NCBI GenBank assembly: GCA_963822445.1 | Contig: CAWGHO010000002.1 | Coordinates: 1,504,001-1,568,000, forward strand | Source: an uncultured Acidobacteriota bacterium | GTDB taxonomy: Bacteria > Acidobacteriota > Thermoanaerobaculia > Gp7-AA8 | Reading direction: 5' to 3' | Length of the DNA stretch: 64,000 bases | Shown: positions 29,477-38,156 of the stretch, piece after piece | Layout of the letters: each line of letters starts with the position of its first letter | How positions within the stretch are numbered: position 1 is the stretch's first letter | Program-made: the position numbers and the translations under genes | Notes under the pieces: model-generated | Databases searched by the model: none | What the model was told of the DNA's origin: nothing | Seen by the model: only the letters and a program-made list of their open reading frames with translations

Positions 29477-30208
29477 ATGGAACCCATCAAAGTCCTCATC
29501 GTCGACGACGAGACGCACGCGCGGGAGATCCTGGTCGAGTATCTCGCCGAGTATCCGCAGTTCGCGATCGCCGGCGAATGCGCGAACGGGTACGAGGCGG
29601 TGAAGGCCGTCAGCGAGAAGCGTCCCGACCTGCTGTTTCTCGACATCCAGATGCCGAAACTGGACGGCTTCGAAGTGCTGGAGCTGCTGGACGCGAAGCC
29701 GAAGGTCGTCTTCGTCACGGCCTACGACGAATACGCGGTGCGCGCGTTCGAAGTGCATGCGATCGATTACCTGGTCAAGCCGTTCACCGCCGAGCGTTTC
29801 GCGACCGTCGTCGCGCGCGCGGAGCAGGCCGTTCGCGGCAGTGCCTCGCAGGCGATCGGTGATCTCAGCGCGTTCCGCAGGAAACCGCTGCAGCGCATCG
29901 CCTTCAAACAGGGCGGCTCGATCGAGGTCGTGCCGGTGCAGCGCATCGACTACATCGAAGCGCAGGATGATTACGTGCACGTCTTCGCCCGCGGCGAGAA
30001 GTACGTCAAGCAGCAGACCCTGACCGAGCTGGAACAGGTGCTCGACGGAACGCGCTTCGTGCGCGTGCACCGCGGCTACATCGTGAACCTGGAAAGCCTG
30101 GCGCGGGTCGAGCCATACGCGAAAGACTCGCGGGTGGTGGTGCTGAAGGACGGGAGCCGGATTCCGGTGAGCCGGGCGGGGTATGAAAGGTTGAAGGCGC
30201 TGTTATGA
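29477..30208 (+). CDS. LytTR family response regulator
   Basis: VDDE, FLDIQMP, TAYDEYA..AF, DYLVKP, FVRVHRGYIVN, IPVSR. Confidence 0.95.
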   Translation: MEPIKVLIVDDETHAREILVEYLAEYPQFAIAGECANGYEAVKAVSEKRPDLLFLDIQMPKLDGFEVLELLDAKPKVVFVTAYDEYAVRAFEVHAIDYLVKPFTAERFATVVARAEQAVRGSASQAIGDLSAFRRKPLQRIAFKQGGSIEVVPVQRIDYIEAQDDYVHVFARGEKYVKQQTLTELEQVLDGTRFVRVHRGYIVNLESLARVEPYAKDSRVVVLKDGSRIPVSRAGYERLKALL

Positions 30209-32307
30209 CGCTGACGCGAATGCAGAATGCAGAATGCAGAATGCAGAAAGGGTCGCGCCCCTCGGCACGCTCTCTGTTCTTTTTCTGCATTCTGCATTCT
30301 GCATTCTGCATTCTGCTCACGCTCGGTTGCGCAAAGCCGCCCGAGACGGCTCAGCAGCCCACGGACATCATTCTCATCACCATCGACACCTGGCGTTGGG
30401 ACAGTGCGGGGTTTGCCGGGCATCCGCGCGTGAAGACGCCGTATCTCGACTCGCTCGCGAATCGCGGCGTGGTTTTCACCAATGCTCATGCGCACAACGT
30501 GGTCACGCTGCCTTCGCACGTGAACATGCTCACCGGGCTCAATCCCTACGAACACGGCGTGCGGGAGAACGCTGGATACGTCCTCGACGAAAAAGTGCAG
30601 ACGCTCGCCGAGCGGCTTGCCGCGGCCGGATACGCGACGGGCGCATTCGTAGCCGCGTTCCCGCTCGACAAGCGCTACGGCCTCGGCCAGGGCTTCGAGG
30701 TCTACGACGACAACTACGGCAAGGGCCGCGCGTCGCTCGATTTCACCGTTCAGGAGCGTCCCGCCGCGGCGGTGCTGCAGTCGGCCGCGAAATGGTGGGG
30801 CTCGGTCGCCGGACGAAAGCGATTTCTGTGGGTTCATCTGTACGAGCCTCACGCGCCGTACGCGCCGCCCGAGCCATTCGCTTCCGAGTATCGCGATCGG
30901 CCGTACCTCGGCGAGATCGCGGCTGTCGATCACGCGCTGGCGACGCATCTCGCGCCGGCGGTCGGCAAGGACGCGACGATCATCGTCACCGCCGATCACG
31001 GCGAAGCGCTCGGCGATCACGGCGAGTTGACTCACGGCCTCTTCGCGTACGAGGCGACGCTCAAGGTTCCGCTGATCGTCGTTGCTCCCGCCATCGCGCC
31101 GCGCAAAGAAAACGCGTACGTGCGTCACATCGACATCGCTCCGACCATTCTCGAGCGCGCCGGCTTTCCTGCCGATAAAGCGCTCCCGGGGCAATCGCTG
31201 TTGCAGCCGATCGCGAAAGCGGACACGTACTTCGAGGCGCTCTCCACCTCGCTGAATCGCGGATGGGCGCCGCTGACGGGGCTCATTCGCGACGATCGCA
31301 AGTTCATCGATCTTCCGATCGCCGAGCTCTACGACCTTCCGAACGATCCGTCGGAATCGCGCAATCTGTATCGCGATCTTCGTCGCGAGGCGACGGCGGC
31401 GCGGCAGGCGCTCGATCAGTTGAAGGTCGCGCCGGGTGCCAGCCGGAACATTTCCGCCGAGGAGACCGCGCGGCTGCGCAGTCTCGGGTATTTCACCGGT
31501 GGCGGCGGAGAAAAGCCGGGGGTGGCCGAGGATCCGAAGAACCTCGTGCATCTCGATTCGAAGATGCACCGGATCATCGAGCTCTATGAGCGCGGCGCGG
31601 TCGCCGAATCGGTTGCCGTCGCGCGTGAGGTGGTTCGCGAACGCCCGAAGATGGCCGCCGGTCGCGAGCTCCTCGCGTTCGTGTTGCAGCAGTCCGAGCG
31701 CGTGGGCGAAGCGATCGAAGTCTTGCGCGGACTTCAATCGTCCGCGTCAAAAGTGCAGCTGGCGCTGCTGCTCACCGAGACCGGAAACGCTGACGAAGCG
31801 ATCGCGATCATGGCGCCGCTCGTCGCGGCACAGCCTGACGCGGACGCGCTGAATGCCTACGGAATCGCACTTTCGCAGGCAGGCCGCAATCAGGAAGCGA
31901 TCCAGCAGTTCCAACGCGCGCTCGCCCTCGACCCGAACAATGCTCCGGCCCACCAGAACCTCGGCATCGCCGCCCTTCGCATGAACGACCTGCGAGGCGC
32001 GGAGGAGCAGCTGACGCGCGCGCTCGAGCTCAATCCGCGATTGCCGCTCGCGCTCAACACGATGGGCGTCGTCCACGTCCGCAAAGGCGATCCGGTGCGC
32101 GCGTACGAAGCGTGGAAGCGCGCGTTCGAGATCGACCGCCGGCAGTACGACGCGCTGTTCAATCTCGCGCTGATCTCCGCGCAGCGCGGCGATCGGGCGG
32201 AGGCGCGGCGCGCGCTGCAGGAGTTCGTGAGGATTGCGCCGGCGAGCCGCTACGGCGAGGAACTGGCGAGGGCCCGGAAGGCCCTCGCCAGCGAGGCGGG
32301 AAACTAG
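30205..32307 (+). CDS. Sulfatase-like (alkaline phosphatase superfamily) lipoprotein with TPR repeats
   Basis: LTLGC lipobox; ITIDTWRWD, TLPSH, HLYEPHAPY, TADHGE..GDHGE..HG; C-terminal TPRs. Confidence 0.88.
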   Translation: MTLTRMQNAECRMQKGSRPSARSLFFFCILHSAFCILLTLGCAKPPETAQQPTDIILITIDTWRWDSAGFAGHPRVKTPYLDSLANRGVVFTNAHAHNVVTLPSHVNMLTGLNPYEHGVRENAGYVLDEKVQTLAERLAAAGYATGAFVAAFPLDKRYGLGQGFEVYDDNYGKGRASLDFTVQERPAAAVLQSAAKWWGSVAGRKRFLWVHLYEPHAPYAPPEPFASEYRDRPYLGEIAAVDHALATHLAPAVGKDATIIVTADHGEALGDHGELTHGLFAYEATLKVPLIVVAPAIAPRKENAYVRHIDIAPTILERAGFPADKALPGQSLLQPIAKADTYFEALSTSLNRGWAPLTGLIRDDRKFIDLPIAELYDLPNDPSESRNLYRDLRREATAARQALDQLKVAPGASRNISAEETARLRSLGYFTGGGGEKPGVAEDPKNLVHLDSKMHRIIELYERGAVAESVAVAREVVRERPKMAAGRELLAFVLQQSERVGEAIEVLRGLQSSASKVQLALLLTETGNADEAIAIMAPLVAAQPDADALNAYGIALSQAGRNQEAIQQFQRALALDPNNAPAHQNLGIAALRMNDLRGAEEQLTRALELNPRLPLALNTMGVVHVRKGDPVRAYEAWKRAFEIDRRQYDALFNLALISAQRGDRAEARRALQEFVRIAPASRYGEELARARKALASEAGN
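30218..30316. repeat. Heptamer-array inverted repeat (GAATGCA)x4 ... (TTCTGCA)x4+ inside the CDS
   Basis: Read directly; translates as MQNAECRMQ...FCILHSAFCIL. Confidence 0.9.
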
Positions 32308-35300
32308 AACGTGAACTTGCCGCCGAAGCGGTAAACGCGCGGGGCCTGCATCTCGGTGATGCGCTGCGCCGCCGGCGTGGACGGATCGGCCACGAGTGAG
32401 GTGGAGTAGCTGAACACGTCGCCGTTCCGCTGCAACACCGTCCGCTCGTTCGTGGCGTTGAAGATGTCCGCCGAGATCGTGAACGTAGCCAGATCGGCAA
32501 CGCGGAAGTCCTTCGCGAGGCGCAGGTCGAGCTGGTAGACGTTGTCGAACCGGCGCTCGCCTACGTCTTCGAGCGCAACCGTCGCGGTGCCGCCGCGGAT
32601 GCCTGCAACCGAGGCGCGCAGCACGTTCGGATAGCCCTGCCGATAGAGCAGGCTCGCACCGATGTTGATGTCCCACGGCGCGACATACAGCGCGGCGAGG
32701 TTGGCGTTGAAGCGCGAGCTGAGGAACACGTTACCGAACGCGCCCGAGCCGGCAGACTGCGGCGCGATCTGGCCGCCGATGCAGGCCGGAGCACCGGCAT
32801 ACGCGGCGACGCCATTGACGATGCCCGTGCTCGGCAGGCCGGTGGTCGGGTTGGCGAACGAGTCGTCACCGCAGTCTTCGGTGTAGTCGTTGTAGCTGCC
32901 GTTGACGCGCAGCATCCAGTTGCGGGACATGCGCTTGGTCGCGGTGACTTCGACGCCGTTGTACGTCTGGGTGTAGTCGGGACGGTTCGTAATCACGCCG
33001 AAGTTCGGCGCGGCGATGCCGGGCTTGAGCTGAAAGACCTGGCGCGTCGGGGTGGTGATGGTCTGGCCGTTGCGGGTGAACGTGCCACCCACCGAGCCGT
33101 TGCCGGTACCACCGTTGACGTTCGTGGCCAGCTCGTAGTCGGCGGCCGTGTAGTAGTCGCCCGCACCCTGCGTCTTTTCATAGAGGCGCGCCGGCAACTT
33201 GTGGTTGGTCCGGTGGGTGAAGGTGACGCCGACCGAGAAGTCGTTGAAGATCTCGCGCTCGCCGCCGATCAGCAACTCGTCGGTGTACGGCGTCTCCATG
33301 TCGTAATCGACGCGGATGGTCGAGGTGATCGCGGCGGGGTTGCTCGGAACGATGCCCGCCCAGCTGCGGATGAACTGCAGCTCGTTGCGCTGAATGATGT
33401 GGTCGTTGTTCGCATCGAGGCCGAGGATCTGGAAATTGCTGCTTCCGACGGGGCTGGAGCCGGCCACGGCCGACCCGAGCTGGCTGACGTAGCGGTTGTA
33501 GCCCGCGCGCAGCAGCGTCTTCTTGTCGGGCATCGCCCAGGTGAGGCCGAGACGCGGCGAGAGGCTGTTCCAGTTCAGTTCTTCGTCCTGACCGGGATAC
33601 GCAAGACCCGGCAGTGTCGCGGTCTGCTGTCCGTTCGTGCAGCCGGCCGTACCGGCCGCGCAGGGCAGCGTGAGCGCGGTTCCCAGGATCGCGTTCGGCT
33701 GCACGTCCAGCGGCTGAATCGCAGATGCCTGATCGTCCCAGCGCAGGCCGGCCTGAATGGTCAGGTTGCCGAGCAGGATCGTGTCGCCGACGTAGAACTC
33801 GTTGTACTTGCCCGTGTACGAAGCCAGCGGCGGGCGGAAGAGGACGGCCGTGCCGCACCGCGGATTCGGAATCGTCTTCGTCGCGTCGGCCGGATCCGGA
33901 ACGGTCAGACCGTTCGCGGCGCAGGCCGCGAAATTCGTGTGATCCCAGTAACCGCCGGACGGGCCGGGATAGGTCGTCGCGGACTGGACGGGTGTGTCGC
34001 GGAATCCGTAGCCGAACTTGAACTCGTGGTTCATTCCACCGAGGTCGGTAAAGAACGAGCCGTCGAGGCGGTACTGCTTCTGCGGACGGATGGTCTGGTA
34101 GGTCGAGAAGTTGTCGTGATTCACGCCGAGGCTGTCGACCCAGCGCGACGGGGCATCGACACCCTGACCGCCGTTGGCGAACAGTCCGAAGCCGCCCTCG
34201 ACCTTCGACCACATGCCGGTGAGGTAGAGGTTCTGTCCGAAGACGTGCGTGTCTTCGAGCTTGTAGACCTTCGTCGGGCCGGTCTGCGTGTACGCGGTCT
34301 CGAAGGGACGCGACGGCGAGAGATCGCGCGCGTTGCGGAACTTGTCGCCGTACGTGTACGAGGCGACGAAGCTGTTGCCCGAGAAGAGCTGCGCGTTCAT
34401 CTTCAGGTTCTTGTTCTCGAGAACCGTGTCGTCGGGGATGAAGAACGTCGGAGCGGGGAATGCGAGCGACTGCCAGGTGGAGATCTTCTGATCGCCACGC
34501 GCGCCCCAGAACCAGACGCGGTCGCGCCAGATCGGGAAGCCGATCTCAGCGCCGTAGTCGCGAACGTAGTTGACCTTGTTCGTCAGCGAGAGGTAGCTGG
34601 CCGCTTCCGCCGGAACGGACGCTTCGGCCGAAGTGCTGCCCGGCACGTAGAGGTAACGGCCGGAGCCGGTGATGTCGTTCGTGCCGCGCTTGGTGACCAT
34701 GTTCATCTGCACGCCGGCCGTCTGAATGCGCGGGTCGGAGCCGCCGGTCGTGATCTGCATTTCTTCGAACATGTCGAAGTCGTAGTACGTCGGCGAGGAG
34801 CCGGTGGCGCCCATGTCGGTGATGTTCACGCCGTCGATGTTCCAGGTGCCGTCCGCGCGCGGCGCACCCTTCGAGACGTAGACCGACTGCTGGCCGCTCT
34901 GCGTTCCGCCGGTGTTGATGCGATCGACGAACACGCCGGGCGTCGACTGCAGAATCATCCAGGGGTCGCGTGCCGTTGGGATGTTGTCGAGCATGACCTG
35001 ATCGACGCTCGTGCCGGTGCCCGTCTTGCGAACGTCGAGCAGCGGAGCTTCCGCCGTGACCGTGATCGCCTCGGACACAGTCGGGTTCAGCGTCAATTCG
35101 ACTTCGGCGCTGCCGCCGACGCGCACGCCGACGCCACCGCGTTGCGCGGTGCCCATGCCCGCGAGCTCCGCTTTCAACGCGTACTCACCGGGGGAAAGGT
35201 TGATGAAACGGAAGTTGCCCTGACTGTCGCTGACCGTGGTCTGCGGCGCGCCGACTCCGGTCAGGGTGACCGTGACGCCAGGGAGCATCGTTCCGTCCTT

Positions 35301-35420
35301 GGCCATCGTCCTGCCGTAGATGTTTCCTGTCTGATACTGCCCGTACGCGCTTACGGCAAACAGCGCGATGAGCAGCGCGGCAACGATGGCCGCCCGACTC
35401 GAACCCAACGTTTGTTTCAT
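32304..35420 (-). CDS. Oar-like TonB-dependent receptor with carboxypeptidase-regulatory-like N-terminal domain
   Basis: Signal peptide; LPGVTVTL, ARDPW..LQSTPGV, NIDGVNITD, VTKRGTN; C-terminal PRVYRFGGKFTF. Confidence 0.9.
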   Translation of the reverse strand: MKQTLGSSRAAIVAALLIALFAVSAYGQYQTGNIYGRTMAKDGTMLPGVTVTLTGVGAPQTTVSDSQGNFRFINLSPGEYALKAELAGMGTAQRGGVGVRVGGSAEVELTLNPTVSEAITVTAEAPLLDVRKTGTGTSVDQVMLDNIPTARDPWMILQSTPGVFVDRINTGGTQSGQQSVYVSKGAPRADGTWNIDGVNITDMGATGSSPTYYDFDMFEEMQITTGGSDPRIQTAGVQMNMVTKRGTNDITGSGRYLYVPGSTSAEASVPAEAASYLSLTNKVNYVRDYGAEIGFPIWRDRVWFWGARGDQKISTWQSLAFPAPTFFIPDDTVLENKNLKMNAQLFSGNSFVASYTYGDKFRNARDLSPSRPFETAYTQTGPTKVYKLEDTHVFGQNLYLTGMWSKVEGGFGLFANGGQGVDAPSRWVDSLGVNHDNFSTYQTIRPQKQYRLDGSFFTDLGGMNHEFKFGYGFRDTPVQSATTYPGPSGGYWDHTNFAACAANGLTVPDPADATKTIPNPRCGTAVLFRPPLASYTGKYNEFYVGDTILLGNLTIQAGLRWDDQASAIQPLDVQPNAILGTALTLPCAAGTAGCTNGQQTATLPGLAYPGQDEELNWNSLSPRLGLTWAMPDKKTLLRAGYNRYVSQLGSAVAGSSPVGSSNFQILGLDANNDHIIQRNELQFIRSWAGIVPSNPAAITSTIRVDYDMETPYTDELLIGGEREIFNDFSVGVTFTHRTNHKLPARLYEKTQGAGDYYTAADYELATNVNGGTGNGSVGGTFTRNGQTITTPTRQVFQLKPGIAAPNFGVITNRPDYTQTYNGVEVTATKRMSRNWMLRVNGSYNDYTEDCGDDSFANPTTGLPSTGIVNGVAAYAGAPACIGGQIAPQSAGSGAFGNVFLSSRFNANLAALYVAPWDINIGASLLYRQGYPNVLRASVAGIRGGTATVALEDVGERRFDNVYQLDLRLAKDFRVADLATFTISADIFNATNERTVLQRNGDVFSYSTSLVADPSTPAAQRITEMQAPRVYRFGGKFTF

Positions 35421-35555
35421 GGCATCTCCTTTTTTCCAAACCTTCCGGAGTGACGGACGAGTTGCGGAACGCGCAACGAAATGACACTAAATTGTTAAGG
35501 GCGAGGAAGTTGTAGCACGGCTCCCAACAGCTGACATCCCTAAGAAATGGAAACG

Positions 35556-35579
35556 AAAAGAGAACTGTACTTCTCTTTT
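35556..35579. promoter_or_regulatory. Inverted repeat AAAAGAGAA-N6-TTCTCTTTT, probable operator
   Basis: Perfect 9-bp arms upstream of TACACT (35594) and of the membrane protein/XRE operon. Confidence 0.55.
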
Positions 35580-35628
35580 TAGGATCGATCCTTTACACTT
35601 CGGCGCGCCGACGGAAAGGAGCGTTCAA

Positions 35629-36093
35629 ATGACCGAATCCGCGATTCATCCAGCCGAAGTTTTCCGCCGTTTCAGCCGCCAGAGCCTGGTTTCCATGCTG
35701 GTCGTGGTGATCGTTCTGGGCGGTACCGCGCTGAGTCTGATGCTCGCACCGCCGGGCGCCGTTGGACGTGCGGCGAATCTCGTCTGGTGGCTGATTCCGG
35801 TCGCCATCGCGGCGTTCATCACCATCGCCATCGCGATCGGCCGGCGGCGCTGGAACCCTGACGCGCCGGAAGTGCAGATGGTGATGGACGAAGAGCTGCG
35901 ACGCGCGAACATGCTGCGCGCGTCGCGCGTCACGCTGATCGCCGTGCTGGCGATTCAGTGGCCGCTGGCGATCGGACTTTCGACGATCACCTGGCTGAAT
36001 GGCGAGCGCATGGCCATGGTCATGTCCGCATCGACGATCACACTCGGCCTGGCTCTGCTCATCATCCTGTTCCTGATCTTCGATCGCGATTAG
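35629..36093 (+). CDS. Hypothetical 4-TM membrane protein (DUF2178-like partner of XRE regulator)
   Basis: Hydrophobic segments around DEELRRANMLRA; RBS AAGGAG. Confidence 0.7.
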   Translation: MTESAIHPAEVFRRFSRQSLVSMLVVVIVLGGTALSLMLAPPGAVGRAANLVWWLIPVAIAAFITIAIAIGRRRWNPDAPEVQMVMDEELRRANMLRASRVTLIAVLAIQWPLAIGLSTITWLNGERMAMVMSASTITLGLALLIILFLIFDRD

Positions 36094-36096
36094 CCG

Positions 36097-36306
36097 ATGC
36101 CCGACGAGCTTCGCAATCGGATCAAGGTGCAGCGGGCGATGCGCGATCTCACGCAGGCGGATCTCGCGGAGCTGGCCGGCATCACGCGCCGCTCGGTGAA
36201 TGCGATCGAAGCAGGACGGATGGTGCCGTCGGTGTTGCTGGCGTTGAAGATCGCACGGGCGCTGGGCGTCACCGTCGAGACGATTTTCAATCTCGACGGG
36301 ACGTAG
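36097..36306 (+). CDS. XRE/Cro-type HTH regulator
   Basis: NRIKVQRA..DLTQADLAE..GITRRSVNAIEAG..PSVLLALKIA. Confidence 0.92.
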   Translation: MPDELRNRIKVQRAMRDLTQADLAELAGITRRSVNAIEAGRMVPSVLLALKIARALGVTVETIFNLDGT

Positions 36307-36355
36307 CGCAGACACTCCTGTCTGCGAATGGAGCAGACAGGAGTGTCTGCTCTAC
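36303..36355. repeat. GTAG-family REP doublet (REPIN-like)
   Basis: GTAGCGCAGACACTCCTGTCTGCG ... GCAGACAGGAGTGTCTGCTCTAC. Confidence 0.85.
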
Positions 36356-36759
36356 GGTTTGCGCTTCCACAAGTTGTCCACCGCCCACGCGCCCGGCCCC
36401 TGCGCGGCGATGTAGAGAAAGATCCAGCAGTACAGCACCGCCGGCTCGCCGCCGTTGACCTTCGGAAAGAATCCGCCTGACGCGTGACCCTTGAAGTAGG
36501 CGACGGCCATGAGGCCGCTGGCGATGAAGGCCGTCGTTCTGGTGAAGAGACCGATGGCGATCATCGCTCCGCCGACGAGCTCGATGATGCCGGCCGTCCA
36601 GAGCTCCGCGTTCATCGGCACTCCGGGCGGAAGTCCGCCGAATGCGCCGAGAATTTTCTGCGCGCCGTGACAGGCGAACATCACGCCGGTCAGCAATCGC
36701 AGGATGCTGAGGATCTGCGGGGCCAGTGAGGTGAATCGATTGACGAGGTTGTTCGGCAT
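36352..36759 (-). CDS. DoxX family membrane protein
   Basis: HGAQK, ELVGG..IAIGLFTR, MAVAYF..H, NGGE, GPGAWAVD. Confidence 0.9.
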   Translation of the reverse strand: MPNNLVNRFTSLAPQILSILRLLTGVMFACHGAQKILGAFGGLPPGVPMNAELWTAGIIELVGGAMIAIGLFTRTTAFIASGLMAVAYFKGHASGGFFPKVNGGEPAVLYCWIFLYIAAQGPGAWAVDNLWKRKP

Positions 36760-36760
36760 T

Positions 36761-37699
36761 TCACACCTTCCTCAGGTAGTCGGCGAGTTGATCGAGCGTG
36801 CCGGTCCAGCCATTCTGCATCGACGCGTTGAAGCCGCGGAACATCGCCCGCTCCGCTTCGCTCGCGTTGACGGGAACGCCTTCCATGCTCACCAGCGTCT
36901 TGCCGCCTTCGACTTCGGTGAAGGTGAGCGTCGATAGAACTTCCAGCGGCCAGTCGTTCGAGAACGGCGCGCGAACGGTGTTGCCCTGCGGGTCGGAGAA
37001 CGACACCACGAACGACAAACGCTCCGGCGGCGCGATCTCGCGATACACCCACTTGCCCCACATCTCGCCGCCGCCCGGCCGGCCCATGCCGTAGTGCATC
37101 ACGCCGCCGGGACGGAGGTCGTTCGTGCAATGGAACATGGTCAGCCCCTTCGGTCCCCACCAGTTCACCAGATGATCGCGCTCCGTCCACATCTCGAACA
37201 TCAGCTCGCGCGGTGCATCGAACACGCGGCTGATGGTGAACGTCTGGCCCGCGGCGACCGCTTCGCCGAGGCGGTCGAGGGTCTGGTTGAGGCCCTCGAT
37301 GGCACCGAACGCTTCAGCCACCATGTCCCGCTGTTCGGCGGTCGCGAAGAGCATCGTCACCGTGACGCGCGTCTTGCCGCCGTCATCCTCGAATCGCACC
37401 GTCGAGTCGAAGTGCGGCTCCACGACGTGCGAGTAGGTGAGAAGGCGCGGCGCGTCGATCTCGCCGTACACGACCTCGTTGTCGTAGTCCTTGCCGTCGG
37501 GGCCGTGCATCACGAACCGCCACACGCCGCCGGGACGGACGTCCATCTCCTGAATCGTGAGCGTGAAGCCGCGCGGTCCGTACCAGTGCTTCACGTGCTC
37601 CGGCTCGGTCCACATACGGAAGACGGTCTCCGCCGGCGCGTCGAACACGCGCGTGGCGGTGATCTCCCTCGCGCTGATGTCGGTGGTGGTTGCTGTCAT
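36761..37699 (-). CDS. Tandem SRPBCC/AHSA1 domain protein
   Basis: Two copies of RVFDAP..(V/M)F.MWTE..W.GP.G. Confidence 0.9.
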   Translation of the reverse strand: MTATTTDISAREITATRVFDAPAETVFRMWTEPEHVKHWYGPRGFTLTIQEMDVRPGGVWRFVMHGPDGKDYDNEVVYGEIDAPRLLTYSHVVEPHFDSTVRFEDDGGKTRVTVTMLFATAEQRDMVAEAFGAIEGLNQTLDRLGEAVAAGQTFTISRVFDAPRELMFEMWTERDHLVNWWGPKGLTMFHCTNDLRPGGVMHYGMGRPGGGEMWGKWVYREIAPPERLSFVVSFSDPQGNTVRAPFSNDWPLEVLSTLTFTEVEGGKTLVSMEGVPVNASEAERAMFRGFNASMQNGWTGTLDQLADYLRKV

Positions 37700-38046
37700 T
37701 TCTTCTTCTCCTTCTTCTTCTGCTTCTGTTTGAGGGTGCGCAGGTATTCGTCCAGCCGGTCGAAGCTCTGCTCCCAGAATTCGCGATAGCGCTCGAGCCA
37801 GTCCGATGCGTCCTTGAGCGGACCCGCGTCGAGCTTGCACGGGCGCCACTGCGCGTCGCGGGTGCGGGCGATGAGACCGGCCCGCTCGAGCACCTTCAGA
37901 TGCTTGGAGATCGCGGGCAGGCTCATGTCGAACGGCTCGGCCAGTTCGGTGACCGAAGCCTCGCCGGTGGTGAGGCGCGCCAGGATGGCCCGGCGGGTGG
38001 GATCGGCGAGCGCGGCGAAGGTCATGCTGAGCTGGTCGTTAACCAT
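37696..38046 (-). CDS. ArsR family transcriptional regulator
   Basis: FAALADPTRRAIL, SLPAISKHLKVLERAGLI, FWEQSFDRL. Confidence 0.93.
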   Translation of the reverse strand: MVNDQLSMTFAALADPTRRAILARLTTGEASVTELAEPFDMSLPAISKHLKVLERAGLIARTRDAQWRPCKLDAGPLKDASDWLERYREFWEQSFDRLDEYLRTLKQKQKKKEKKK

Positions 38047-38092
38047 ATGGTTAATTAACCGATAAGTTAATTACGCCACGTTGCTTTGTCAA
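38039..38092 (-). promoter_or_regulatory. Sigma70-type promoter with two tandem ArsR operator palindromes
   Basis: TTGACA (38092-38087), 17-bp spacer, TAACTT; palindromes TTAACCATATGGTTAA (38039-38054) and TTAACCGATAAGTTAA (38055-38070). Confidence 0.75.
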
Positions 38093-38102
38093 GAGCAGGA
38101 CG

Positions 38103-38132
38103 AAAAAAGCGGCCCCGCCGAAGCAGGGCCGC
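38103..38132 (-). terminator. Rho-independent terminator of the BNR protein gene
   Basis: GCGGCCCTGC-TTCG-GCGGGGCCGC followed by TTTTTT on the minus strand. Confidence 0.88.
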
Positions 38133-38156
38133 CTGAAAACCGAGAACCGTGAACGG

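Noticed and set aside
13810-30316. Repeats considered as possible CRISPR arrays
   Set aside because: Units are 7-8 bp, tandem and inverted, with no unique spacers and no cas genes in the window.
21856-32307. Convergent genes sharing CTAG stop codons (21856-21859, 32304-32307)
   Set aside because: A common compact arrangement with no further signal.
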